Shown: positions 1 through 9,680 of the stretch, piece by piece
How positions within the stretch are numbered: position 1 is the stretch's first letter
Layout of the letters: every line of letters starts with the position of its first letter
Assembly (NCBI GenBank): GCA_963737655.1
Contig: CAVTTN010000002.1
Coordinates: forward strand, 4,928,001-4,992,000
Source of the DNA: an uncultured Planctomycetota bacterium
GTDB lineage: Bacteria > Planctomycetota > Planctomycetia > Isosphaerales > Isosphaeraceae
Direction of reading: 5' to 3'
DNA: 64,000 bases
Position numbers and translations under genes: made by a program
The notes under the pieces: generated by a model
The model's input: only the letters and a program-made list of their open reading frames with translations
Databases searched by the model: none
What the model was told of the DNA's origin: nothing

Positions 1-239
1 CCGGTCGGTCGATCTCGTCGGCCGGGGACTTGTCGCGGAGCCGGGCGAAGGCGGGCCGGTCGTCGGCGGCCGGCAGAGGGGGGATGTTCGCCAGGGCCTG
101 GGCCTTCTTCGCCCCCGGCGCGGGGCGGGCGTAATACAGGTACAGCGGCCAGCCGATCAGGGCGATCACTCCCAGGACCACCAGGGACCGGGAGCTCCTT
201 GCCTCGGAACAGGCCGCCTTCCGCCCGCTCGTCCTTCAT
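1..239 (-). CDS. Hypothetical membrane-anchored protein, 3'-truncated by window edge, apparent 1-nt frameshift near 185
   Basis: ATG at 239 right after the exbD stop. Reads MKDERAEGGLFRGKELP, then after one extra C continues as a TM helix LVVLGVIALIGWPLYLYY and on to the window edge. Not in the ORF track. Confidence 0.55.
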   Translation of the reverse strand, partial: MKDERAEGGLFRGKELPVPGGPGSDRPDRLAAVPVLRPPRAGGEEGPGPGEHPPSAGRRRPARLRPAPRQVPGRRDRPT

Positions 240-240
240 G

Positions 241-741
241 TCACAGGGCGACCCCCGAGCCGTTGGCGTCGATCTCGCCGAAGCTGATCCTGGTGATCTT
301 GAGGTTGGAGAAGACGTCGATGACCTTCATCAGCTCCTCGTACTTGAGCTGCGGGTCGGCCTGGATCAAGGCTTGCTCGAACAACGGTTCCTGCCCCTCG
401 GGCTGGAGGAACTCGGTGAGCTTCGCCTTGAGCTGGTCCATCCCGTTGACCTCGGTCTCCTCCATCGTCACCCGGCCGAGGGTGCCGTTGGGGTTGGCGC
501 GGAGGACCGTGGTCAGCGTCTTGAGGCTGGCCGGGACGTCGCTATTCTGGGGGGCGTCCTTGGGCGGGTCGGCCGCGGCGTTCATGGCGATGGCCGGGGA
601 CGCCGGGAGGAGGTTCATGGCGAACTGCCCCTCCATCGGCGCGGGGCGATAGGTCAGGATGAAGAAGGTCAGGAGCTGGAACGCCATGTCGAGCATGGGC
701 GTGATCTGGACCTCGACCTCCTGGTGCTTCATCTTCTTCAC
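241..741 (-). CDS. exbD: ExbD/TolR family biopolymer transport protein
   Basis: ITPMLDMAFQLLTFFIL TM motif with conserved Asp; C-terminal IQADPQLKYEELMKVIDV motif. Confidence 0.92.
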   Translation of the reverse strand: MKKMKHQEVEVQITPMLDMAFQLLTFFILTYRPAPMEGQFAMNLLPASPAIAMNAAADPPKDAPQNSDVPASLKTLTTVLRANPNGTLGRVTMEETEVNGMDQLKAKLTEFLQPEGQEPLFEQALIQADPQLKYEELMKVIDVFSNLKITRISFGEIDANGSGVAL

Positions 742-746
742 GAGGC

Positions 747-1217
747 TCAGCCCTCCGCGTTCATGGCCTTCAGCGAGAACCTTCGGAAGCCTTCGGCCTG
801 GCAGAGCGTGATCAATCGATAGATCTGCGAGTATTCGGTGTCGCGGTCGCAGCGGATCACGATCACCGTGGGCAGGCCGGTGGCGTCGTCCACCGGCTTC
901 TTGGCCCGCTTCAGCTCGCCCTTCTTGAGCTCGGCCTGGATCTGGACCTCCTTGCGGGTCCGCTCCGGGTCGAGCTCCTCGCCGTTGAAGAGGAGGTAAC
1001 CGCGCTTGTCGATGTTGAAGGTCAGCCGATCGACCTCAACCTTGCTGTCCTCGGGGGACGAGGCCGACGCGGCGACCGGGAGGCGGACCCTCGCGTCATA
1101 GTCCGCGTTGCCGAAATTGATCACCAGCATGAAGAAGGTGATGAGCTGAAAGACCACGTCGAGCAACGGGGTCAGGTTCGGCTCGGCGCGGATCTCTCCG
1201 GAGACGCTGCCGGACAC
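747..1217 (-). CDS. exbD: ExbD/TolR family biopolymer transport protein
   Basis: PNLTPLLDVVFQLITFFML and IRCDRDTEYSQIYRLI motifs. Confidence 0.92.
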   Translation of the reverse strand: MSGSVSGEIRAEPNLTPLLDVVFQLITFFMLVINFGNADYDARVRLPVAASASSPEDSKVEVDRLTFNIDKRGYLLFNGEELDPERTRKEVQIQAELKKGELKRAKKPVDDATGLPTVIVIRCDRDTEYSQIYRLITLCQAEGFRRFSLKAMNAEG

Positions 1218-1303
1218 GGTGGACCTCCCGGACGGGGGATTCTCGGGTCGGACGAACTCGGATGATCATCAGATCGAGGCGACGCCGATCGCCTCGGTTC
1301 GGT

Positions 1304-2188
1304 TCAGGCCCCGGTCTTCGCCGGCTGGCTCTTGGCCGCGGAGTAGAAGGCCCCGATGGTCCGGTCGGCCACCTTCGTCGCCTCCAGGGCGATCTGGGCG
1401 ATCCGGTTGCGGAAGAACGCGTAGAAGAAGATCGCCGGGACCGACAGCGAGACGCCTTCCAGGGTGATGAACAGCGCGGTGGAGATCCCCTTGGCGACCT
1501 CGTCGGGCTTGGGCTGGGAGTTCGCGGCCGTGGCGATCGTCTGGAACGACTCGATCATCCCCCAGATCGTCCCGACCAGCCCGATCATCGGGCCGAGAGT
1601 GCCGATCGTGGCGAGGTAGCTGATCCGCGACTCCATCGTGATGACGACTTCGTTGCTCGTCTCGTTCATCGCCTCCTTCGCCTCGGCCCGGCCGTTGGGA
1701 AGGTTGGCGATGCCGGTCCGGACGACCTTGGCGAGGAACGAATTGTCGTCCCGGCAGACGTCGTACGCCTCCTGGAATTTCTTCTCCTTGATGGCCGCTT
1801 CGAGGCGGTCGATCAGGGCCGGCGGGACGGCCTCGGAGAGCCGGAATTCCATGAACAGGCGGATCACCAGCGCGAGGAAGTAGATCGACAGGCCGAGGAG
1901 GAAGAAGCCGATCGGCCCGGAGGCCTCGATGGCCCAGGTGAGCATGTTCTTGGGGGCCTTCGTGGCCTCCTTGGCCGGGGCGGCGGCCGGCGCCGCGGCG
2001 GGGGCCGGCTCGGCGGCGGCCGGGGCGGCGGCGGCCGGGGGCGCCGCGGCGCCGTCCTTCTTCGGCTCCTGGCCCCGGGTCGAGCCGCCCGGCACGAAGG
2101 CCAGGACGCCGAGCCAGGCCAGGGTCAAGGCCGCCCACGCGGCGCGTCGGCGAAACCGGGTCGCGAACGAGATCGACGGGGTCGGCAT
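1304..2188 (-). CDS. exbB: MotA/TolQ/ExbB proton channel family protein
   Basis: LATIGTLGPMIGLVGTIWGMIESF and GISTALFITLEG motifs. Start chosen at ATG 2188 after GAGGGAG; signal peptide and Ala/Pro linker follow. Confidence 0.92.
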   Translation of the reverse strand: MPTPSISFATRFRRRAAWAALTLAWLGVLAFVPGGSTRGQEPKKDGAAAPPAAAAPAAAEPAPAAAPAAAPAKEATKAPKNMLTWAIEASGPIGFFLLGLSIYFLALVIRLFMEFRLSEAVPPALIDRLEAAIKEKKFQEAYDVCRDDNSFLAKVVRTGIANLPNGRAEAKEAMNETSNEVVITMESRISYLATIGTLGPMIGLVGTIWGMIESFQTIATAANSQPKPDEVAKGISTALFITLEGVSLSVPAIFFYAFFRNRIAQIALEATKVADRTIGAFYSAAKSQPAKTGA

Positions 2189-2536
2189 CGGCGGACTCTC
2201 CCTCGGCAATGCGAGCAAGCCGGGTGCGGCGGAGGGCGGACCTGTCTTCCTTCCCAAAAGGGAGCGACGACCCTTCGGTCATCCACGCGCCCGGACTCGC
2301 CGGAATCGTGCGATCGGCCGAAGCCCTCGCCATTCCCGAGCGGGCGCGTTTCCCTTCCGTTCACTTTCCATCATCGGATGCATCCTGTCAATTACTCCGC
2401 GACACTCTCCGTCGAAAACCCCGTCGCGCGTGATGAAACGAGTCGGTCCGATTCCGTATAAGCCAACGGCGGATGCGAGGAATCGAGGTCATCAACCGAG
2501 CATCCGGGTCCCGGTCTCGCGGCCTCGCCCGATTGG

Positions 2537-3813
2537 TCAATTCGCCCGAACTCCGCCGGGACGGGACGCCGGGATCGGCAACGACCGCAGCGCCTGGGCC
2601 TCGGGGACCACCGGCGCCAGGTTCTCGGGCGAACCGGCGATCAAGGTTTTCCACAGGCCCCGGACGTTCGCCGCGCCGGCCGGGACGCGAGCCAGGGGGA
2701 CCGTCCGGTTCTTCTGGACGATCGCGGCGTCCGGCGCGTAATCGCCGCCGAGTCCGCCTCCCAGGATCAATTCTCCCGAGGCGTCCAGGGCGAACGTCAA
2801 GCCGAGGTCCTGATAGTCCACCTCGCCGAATCGGGCGTCGGGCCGCGCGGTCAGGCGGAATCGCATCTCGGCTTCGAGCGACTTGAGCAGTGAAATCCCG
2901 ATCGAGCCGGGCCCGGAGTCAGCGAGCCTCGGACTTCCACCCAGCCCGGCCCCTGCTCTCCGGGCCTCTCGCTCCATTTCGCCGATTCGACGGCGAGCCG
3001 GGCCATCCCGGTCAGCCTCCGCCCGGCGAACCGCTGGCCGACGACCCGCGAGAGGTCCACCGAGGCCAGCTCCCCCCGGAACTCCGATCGCCACTCGGCG
3101 CCGTCCGCCCGATTCAGGGAAAGCTGGCCTTCCACGGTCGCCTTCGGCCCGAGCCATCCCGGGGAGTCGAAGAAAGGTGACAGCAAGCCGGCCGAGACCG
3201 GCCCTTCCATCGTGCGGAATGAGAGCGACGTGATGGCGCCGGACCGCGAGAGGGCCATCTCGCACCGGGAGCGGTTCCCTCCGCCTTCGGGTCGGTAGCT
3301 GGCCGTGAGCGAGGCGCCGTCGCGATCGGTCCCGCAGACGGCGACCACGTCCCGGAAGCGGTATTCGCGGTCGCCCAGGAGCACCGAGCATTCGTCGGCG
3401 GCGAGGCTCACCCGTTCCGGCCCCGACGACCCGAACCGGCCGATCAGGCCGACGGCCTGGCCCAGGCTGGCCGCCGGCCCCTCGCCGCGGATTCGCAGCC
3501 CTTCGGCCCTCATGGACCATTCGCCCGATTCGCGGGAGAGCGTCAGGCGGTCGGCCCGGGCGATCTCCGAGCCCGCCCCTTCGGAGGACTTCAGGGTCAC
3601 GCCGTCGAGGACGTCCACGCCGGGCCTCGGGTGCTCGGCCGAGGCGATCGTCGCGAGGACGCCGAGCCGTCGGCCGATCTCGGCCTCGACCTCCCGGAGA
3701 TGGCCGCCTCCCTGGAGGCGGCGGGCGGTGACGGAGACATAAAGGGTCGGCAGCACGGAGAACGCCAGGAGGGCCAGCGAGGCCACGGCCTGGCGGCGGG
3801 GTCGGGTGAGCAT
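2537..3813 (-). CDS. Hypothetical protein with N-terminal TM anchor and beta-rich body (~425 aa); frameshift near 2910
   Basis: ORF 2851..3813 (MLTRPRRQAVASLALLAFSVLPTLYV) joins the C-terminal part of ORF 2537..3817 (GPGSIGISLLKSL...) if one base is added at GGGCCCGG. Confidence 0.65.
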
Positions 3814-3841
3814 CCATGCCTCCCGGGCGGACGGTCGAGTT

Positions 3842-5017
3842 CTAACGGTCGGGGGAGTCCGAGGGCGTGTCCCGCCCCCAGGATTCCAGGTGGAGCCGGG
3901 CGGCCTCGTGGACGGCGCGCATGGCCGCTCGGGTCGCTTCCAGGCTCGTCCCGACGTATCTTTCGACCACCGCGGAGGCGATCTCGAACGCCACCACGTT
4001 CTCCACGATCACGCTGGCGGCGGGAACGGCGCAAACGTCAGACCGCTCATAAGCGGCCGGCTGCGGAGCTTTTGTCGTCATGTTCACCGAGGGCCCGCGA
4101 CTGGCCAACGTGCTGATCGGCTTCTTCGCCGCCCGGACCACGATCGGCTCGCCGTTGGTCGTCCCGCCCTCGATCCCTCCGGCGTGGTTCGTCGGCCGGC
4201 GGAAGCCGAACCGGCGGTCCTCGGGATCGTCGCCGCCCTCATAAGCGATCGGGTCCATCACCTTCGAACCGGGCCGACGCGCCGCCTCCACGCCCAGGCC
4301 GATCTCGACCGCCTTGATCGCCTGGACGCTCATCACGGCCAGGGCGAGCCGGGCATCCAGCTTCCGGTCCCACTGGGCATGGCTCCCCAGCCCGATCGGG
4401 CAACCCGTCACGACCGCCTCGACCACCCCGCCCAGCGTGTCGCCATTCTCCTTGGCCGAATCGATGGCGGCGACCATCCGCGCGTCGGCCTCGGGGTCGA
4501 GCGAATAGACCGGGCTGGCGTCCCGGACCGCCGGATCGAGGCTCCGAGGCTCGGCGACGATCCCCCCGATCTCGCGGACGTGGCCGAAGACGGTGATCCC
4601 CAGCTCGCGAAGGAGCAATCGCGACAGGGCCCCGACGGCCACCCGCAAGGCGGTCTCCCGGGCGCTGGCGCGCTCCAGGACTTCGCGGATGCCGGTCCCG
4701 TAATTGATCGCGCCGGCCAGGTCGATGTGACCGCCCCGGGGCGCGGCCGGCTGCTGGAGCCGTTCGAGCTTCGCGTCGTTGTTGACGAGCCGGAGGGTGA
4801 TCGGCGCGCCGGTCGTGACCCCGTGATAGGTGCCCGAATCGACGATCACGCGGTCGGTTTCGAGCGTCTGCCGCTTCCCCCGCCCGTATCCCCCCTGCCT
4901 CCTCTTCAATTCCTCGTTGATGAACTCGAAATCGAGCCGGATTCCCGAGGGGAAGCCCTCGACGATCGCGGTCAGGGCGGGGCCGTGGGATTCTCCGGCC
5001 GTCAGGTAGCGGAGCAT
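3842..5017 (-). CDS. aroC: Chorismate synthase
   Basis: MLRYLTAGESHG, RRQGGYGRG, ERASARETA, GGIEGGTTNG and ERSDVCAVPAA signatures. Confidence 0.98.
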   Translation of the reverse strand: MLRYLTAGESHGPALTAIVEGFPSGIRLDFEFINEELKRRQGGYGRGKRQTLETDRVIVDSGTYHGVTTGAPITLRLVNNDAKLERLQQPAAPRGGHIDLAGAINYGTGIREVLERASARETALRVAVGALSRLLLRELGITVFGHVREIGGIVAEPRSLDPAVRDASPVYSLDPEADARMVAAIDSAKENGDTLGGVVEAVVTGCPIGLGSHAQWDRKLDARLALAVMSVQAIKAVEIGLGVEAARRPGSKVMDPIAYEGGDDPEDRRFGFRRPTNHAGGIEGGTTNGEPIVVRAAKKPISTLASRGPSVNMTTKAPQPAAYERSDVCAVPAASVIVENVVAFEIASAVVERYVGTSLEATRAAMRAVHEAARLHLESWGRDTPSDSPDR

Positions 5018-5028
5018 GGCGGTTCACT

Positions 5029-5970
5029 TCACTTCCAGGGGAAGGCTCGGCCCGTCAGGCGTTCATAACATTCGATGTACTTGTCGCGAGTCCGGGCCAC
5101 GATCTCGTCGGGGAGGGGCGGGGGCGGGCTGTTCTTGTCCCACCCCGAGGCGTCCAGCCAGTCGCGGACGAATTGCTTGTCGAACGACGGCTGAGGCCCT
5201 CCCGGACGATACTCGATGGCCGACCAGTACCGCGAGCTGTCGGGCGTGAGCACCTCATCGACCACGATCAGATCGCCGGTCCTTCGATCGCGGCCGAACT
5301 CGAACTTCGTGTCGGCGAGGATCAAGCCTTTCGTGAGGGCGAAGGCCCGGGCCCGTTCGTAGATGGCGAGGCTCCGGTCTTCCAGGGCGCCGGTCAGCTC
5401 CTCACCCAGCTCGCGACGCAGCCGATCGACCGAGACATTCTCATCATGGCCGGATTCGGCCTTGGTGGCGGGCGTGAAGCTCGGCGAGATCGCCGCGCCC
5501 TCGACGAGACCGGCGGGCAGCGGCGATCCGCAGACGGTCCCGTCGCGGCGATATTCCTTCCACGCGCTCCCGGAAAGATACCCCCGGACCACGCATTCGA
5601 ACGGGACCACCTCGGCCTTCCGAACGACCATGACCCGGCCGACGAGGCCCTCCCTCGTCCCGGGATCGAGCCCCAGGCCGGCCTCGTCGATCTCGGTGGA
5701 GATCAGGTGATGGGGGACGTCCAGGAGGCCGAACCAGAAGGCGCTCAGGCCGGTCAGGACGCGCCCCTTGTCCGGGATCGGGGTCGGCAGGACCCAATCG
5801 AAGGCGCTGATCCGATCCGAGGCGACGATCAGCAAGCGATCGCCGCCCAGGTCATAGACATCGCGCACCTTGCCCCGGCGGACGGGAAGGCCCGGCAGGT
5901 TCGATGCGAGGAGGGCCAACGCGGGAGACTCCAGCCGGCCGGGCGGACCGGGACGAGGGCGAATCGACAC
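5029..5970 (-). CDS. purC: Phosphoribosylaminoimidazole-succinocarboxamide (SAICAR) synthase
   Basis: RGKVRDVY, SDRISAFD, ECVVRGYLSGS, ADTKFEFG, DEVLTPDSSR and SFDKQFVRDWL motifs. Confidence 0.97.
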   Translation of the reverse strand: MSIRPRPGPPGRLESPALALLASNLPGLPVRRGKVRDVYDLGGDRLLIVASDRISAFDWVLPTPIPDKGRVLTGLSAFWFGLLDVPHHLISTEIDEAGLGLDPGTREGLVGRVMVVRKAEVVPFECVVRGYLSGSAWKEYRRDGTVCGSPLPAGLVEGAAISPSFTPATKAESGHDENVSVDRLRRELGEELTGALEDRSLAIYERARAFALTKGLILADTKFEFGRDRRTGDLIVVDEVLTPDSSRYWSAIEYRPGGPQPSFDKQFVRDWLDASGWDKNSPPPPLPDEIVARTRDKYIECYERLTGRAFPWK

Positions 5971-5985
5971 CGAGGGCGGCGGGGA

Positions 5986-7116
5986 CTAGGAATCGCGGCC
6001 GACCCGGAAGAGCTTCTTCACGTCCGGCTCCGAGCCGAATTCGATGTAGCGGTAGGAGAGCGCCGAGAGCACGATCATCACCACGAGGAAACCCGCCAGC
6101 TTGGCCGGCCCCGGCGGGGGGCCGGACTCGGGGAAGGCCAGCATGAACGGCTGATGGTGCCAGATGTAGAGCGAATAACACATCAGCCCCGGGATTTGCA
6201 ACGCCGTGCTATTGGCGATCCAGCGGATGATCCCGGGCCCCGAGTATAGCAGGCCGAGCGTGACGAGGGACGCGCCGATGTTAATCAGGTTGTGGTACAA
6301 GGGCTGCGCCCAGACCGGCGATTGGCCGAGCCGCACGGCGTCCCACGCCCAGCAGCCCAGGGTCAGCAGGAAGATCCCGGCGAAGAACCAGACGCGGGGC
6401 CGGGCCGACCGCGTCGGCAGGCCCCGGACGAACACGGCACAGGTGGCCATGCCGAGCACGAAGTCGTCGAGCCGGCCGAAGATGCTGTCCTTGACGTAGT
6501 TGTAGGTGTAGAGCGGGATCAGGAATCGCGGGCTGGTCCCGACGAACCGCGTCGCCAGGCCGATCGCCAGCGCGGCGACGACCACCCGCCGAAGCCCGAA
6601 GCGGCCGATGGCCAGGATCAGGAGGGGGAAGAGCACGCTGAACCAGATCTCGATGCCCAGCGTCCAGAGCACCAGGTTCATCCGCGGGAAGAACGTCCCC
6701 CGGAAGAAGGGAAACGTGCAGGTGCCCATCACCGCATAATACTTCCAGCACGAGAGCGAACCGTAATCCGGCCGGACCACCAGCATGTCGAGGATCAAGG
6801 TCGAGATCGCGTAGAGGGGCAAGAGCCGCCTCATCCGGTGCTTGTAGAAGCCCACGACGTCGCCGAGGCCGGCCATCCGCCGCCGCCCCTGGGCGTAAGG
6901 CAGATACAGCACGAACCCCGAGAGGACGAAGAAGAGGTTGACCCCGATCCAGCCGTTGGCCAGGTAGGTCGCGGGGTGCACCGTGAGGCCGGCGAGCTTG
7001 ATCGCGAGCCAGCCGGGAGGTGTCCAGCGTGCGTAGAAATGGTGATAAACCACCGCGAGGATCGCCGCGCCACGGAGGCCGTTGAGCACGCCGATCCGGC
7101 CCGGGTGGGGAGGCAT
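5986..7116 (-). CDS. Acyltransferase family 3 (OafA-like) membrane protein
   Basis: LNGLRGAAILAVVYHH, GVNLFFVLSGFVL, FYKHRMRRLLP, WTLGIEIWFS, YSLYIWH and SYRYIE motifs. Start placed at ATG 7116. Confidence 0.9.
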   Translation of the reverse strand: MPPHPGRIGVLNGLRGAAILAVVYHHFYARWTPPGWLAIKLAGLTVHPATYLANGWIGVNLFFVLSGFVLYLPYAQGRRRMAGLGDVVGFYKHRMRRLLPLYAISTLILDMLVVRPDYGSLSCWKYYAVMGTCTFPFFRGTFFPRMNLVLWTLGIEIWFSVLFPLLILAIGRFGLRRVVVAALAIGLATRFVGTSPRFLIPLYTYNYVKDSIFGRLDDFVLGMATCAVFVRGLPTRSARPRVWFFAGIFLLTLGCWAWDAVRLGQSPVWAQPLYHNLINIGASLVTLGLLYSGPGIIRWIANSTALQIPGLMCYSLYIWHHQPFMLAFPESGPPPGPAKLAGFLVVMIVLSALSYRYIEFGSEPDVKKLFRVGRDS

Positions 7117-7794
7117 CGACCCGACCGGGTCGGGGGCGACTGGTCGTCGGTCTGGGGCGTCAAGGGCCGGGGCCCATCTCGCGTGGTCGATCAAGGCAGA
7201 CCTCCGGGAACTCGGGCGGAGTCGCAATCCAGCCAGCCAGACTCGCTTAGGAGGCGCCGAAGCGTCCCGCGGCGAGCGGCCGGTGCGGCCGGCGTGATTC
7301 GCAACTTCCACGCCATCCGGAGTCCCGGCGACGTCGCGGCTCATGCACAAACGATCGCGCGACCGCCCCTCCGCCCTGGACCGATTCGCAGGGACGTTTC
7401 ATTTTCCGAGATGTTTCGGTCGGAAATGTTTGGGGTGACAAGGGTTGCGAAAGTACGTATTTCGCGTGATCGAGGGCGGTTCATGTCGGGTCCGCTCCTG
7501 GCGGACCTCTTCGCGACGAAGCGAAATCGAAGAGGTCCGCGAGAGCCGACCCGACATGAACGGCGATTCGATGCGCGAAACCTGAGCTTCCGAAGACGGA
7601 ACCCCCACCACCCCGATGCTTCCGACGAATGTCTTACCGAGAATGAAACGCCCCCCGACCGATTCGGACCGAGGCTTGCATGACCGGGTCGCAGACGCTA
7701 TCATCATCGATCCGATTCGCGGCGTCGGAACTGCGGCCGCGATCCGCCGAGACGTGCCTTGCCCGATTGCGATGGTCGATGGGGGTCTGGTCCG

Positions 7795-7995
7795 ATGTCG
7801 ATGGACAAGAGCTTGAAGAAGGGGGGCGGGTTGGCCCGCGCCCGGAACGTCTTGAAGAGGGCCGAGCGGTTGGCCCTGCTCCAGGAAGACGAGAAGTGGG
7901 CGCCCGAGAAGGGCGTCTTCAACCTGCCCAAGACGAAGTATCGCCGGCTGGCGCCTGGGCAATCCGGCCCGAAGCGTCCAGGCGGCGAGAGTTGA
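7795..7995 (+). CDS. PVC superphylum small basic (signature) protein, TIGR04137-like
   Basis: MSMDKSLKKGGGLARARNVLKRAERL...W...GVFNLPK matches the Chlamydiae/Verrucomicrobia/Planctomycetes small basic protein pattern. Confidence 0.88.
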   Translation: MSMDKSLKKGGGLARARNVLKRAERLALLQEDEKWAPEKGVFNLPKTKYRRLAPGQSGPKRPGGES

Positions 7996-8284
7996 TCAGC
8001 GGTCGGCCGGGAGGTTTCCGAGCTCGGCGGCCATCTCGAAGTCTCGGGGCGTGAGGCCGCCTTCGATGTGCGAGGAGAGCTCGACCCGGACCGCCCGGTA
8101 GCTGAGGATCAGGTCCGGGTGGTGGTCGCAGCGCTCGGCCACCTCGGCGGCCCGGTTCAGGAAGTCGAGGGGCTCGCTTGGTCGTCGAGAATTGCCAGGT
8201 CCGGACCAGCATGTCTCCCAGCCGGTCCCATCCCTTGGCCTCGGGCAGGCGGGCCTGGACCTCCGGTTCACTCAATTTGGTCAT
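7996..8284 (-). CDS. Pterin-4-alpha-carbinolamine dehydratase (4a-hydroxytetrahydrobiopterin dehydratase); frameshift near 8170
   Basis: MTKLSEPEVQARLPEAKGW..LVRTWQF joins LDFLNRAAEVAERCDHHPDL..SSHIEGGLT.RDF after removal of one C in a C4 run. Confidence 0.88.
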
Positions 8285-8434
8285 GATCGGTTCGCCCCCT
8301 CGGGGTCTCGGAATCCGCGACGTTCCCCAGGCGGATCGGCCTTGATTATCTCCCGGCGCCTCCCGGCCGGACAAGGGGCCGATCGCCCCCGATCGGGCGA
8401 TTGACGGCCCGTCGTCCTCGGAAAAGGCCCGCGA

Positions 8435-9285
8435 ATGCCCCCCTCGCTGCCCCTGTTCTGCGCGGCGATCGTCGGGTCGAGCCTCCTGGGCGGGGCCCTG
8501 CCCCTGGCCTCGTCGCTGACCCATACGCGCCTGCAAGTCTACCTGAGCTTCGCCGCCGGCGCGATGCTCGGCGCGGCGTTCTTCCACATGCTGCCGGAGG
8601 CCGTCGAGGCGGGTTCGGCGAACTCCCTGCGATGGGCGGCGGGCGGCTTGCTCTCGCTGTTCTTCCTCGAGCGCTTCTTCGCGTTCCACCATCACGAGGC
8701 CCCGGCGATCCCCGGGGAGCCGTGCCCGCCTCACCCCCACGACCACGCCCACGGCGGCGAGGGCCACGCCGCCGGGCTGATCGACGCGAAGGCCCCCGGC
8801 TCGGCCGACCCGGCGACGAAGTCCACGGCCCTGCACTGGGGGATGGCCGCCTTCGGGCTGGCCGTCCACACGCTGGTGGGCGGGATCGCCCTGGCCAGCG
8901 CGGTCGCCTCGGGCAGCCGGGGCGCGGCCTGGGGCGTCTTCCTCGCCACGGTGATCCACAAGCCGGCCGACTCGATGACGATCGTCAGCCTGATGCTCCG
9001 CGCCGGGGTCCCTCGGGCCGGGCCCATGCGGTGAACCTCGGATTCTCGTTGATCTTGCCCGCGGGCGCGGCCGCGTTCGTGCTAGGCCAAGGCTGGTTCT
9101 CGCCCGACGGGGGCCCCTCGACGTTCACCTCCGCCGCCCTGGCGTTCTCGGCCGGGACGTTCCTCTGCATCGCCCTGAGCGACCTCCTCCCCGAGCTCCA
9201 GTTCCACTCTCACGACCGCATCCCCCTCTCCCTGGCCCTCCTCGGCGGGGTCGGCCTGATGGCCCTGGCGGGCGTTTGGGGATGA
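8435..9285 (+). CDS. ZIP family divalent metal transporter; frameshift near 9020
   Basis: SFAAGAMLGAAFFHMLPEA, His-rich loop (FHHHE...HPHDHAH), VHTLVGG and IHKPAD motifs. C-terminal AFSAGTFLCIALSDLLPEL lies in the adjacent frame. Confidence 0.9.
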
Positions 9286-9328
9286 ATCGGGGAGGGCCGA
9301 TTGCCGAGGGGCCGAGTTCGGCTTGCCG

Positions 9329-9596
9329 GTTTTCGGGGGAATCGGGGAGGGACCAACCGCCAAGACGCCAAGTTCGCCAAGATAGAAGAAGAGAGGAAGA
9401 GAATAGAGGAGAGAGAGCAGACAGAGGAGAGGAAAAAGAAGACAATAACAAATAATGAAATTCTATAATTAAAATATACATTATCAAAAAAATCTTTTAT
9501 TATTCTCGCTTTTTTCACCTCTTCTCCTCCTCTCTTCTTCTATCTTGGCGAACTTGGCGTCTTGGCGGTTGGTCCCTCCCCGATTCCCCCGAAAAC
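9329..9596. repeat. Long perfect inverted repeat: 69-bp arms (9329-9397 / 9528-9596) around a 130-bp AT-rich spacer
   Basis: GTTTTCGGGGGAATCGGGGAGGGACCAACCGCCAAGACGCCAAGTTCGCCAAGATAGAAGAAGAGAGGA and its exact reverse complement, read base by base. Confidence 0.95.
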
Positions 9597-9680
9597 GGGC
9601 GAATCGTCTCGACGGCCCGGCGGTGATCCTGAGAGAATCGGGGGCGATCGTCGTTCGAGGCTCGGACGGTGGAGGAACCG

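Noticed and set aside
9398..9527. AT-rich core as oriC unwinding element or sigma70 promoter (TATAAT at 9464)
   Set aside because: No consensus DnaA boxes or replication genes nearby, and no matching -35 element; TATAAT is expected by chance in such AT-rich DNA
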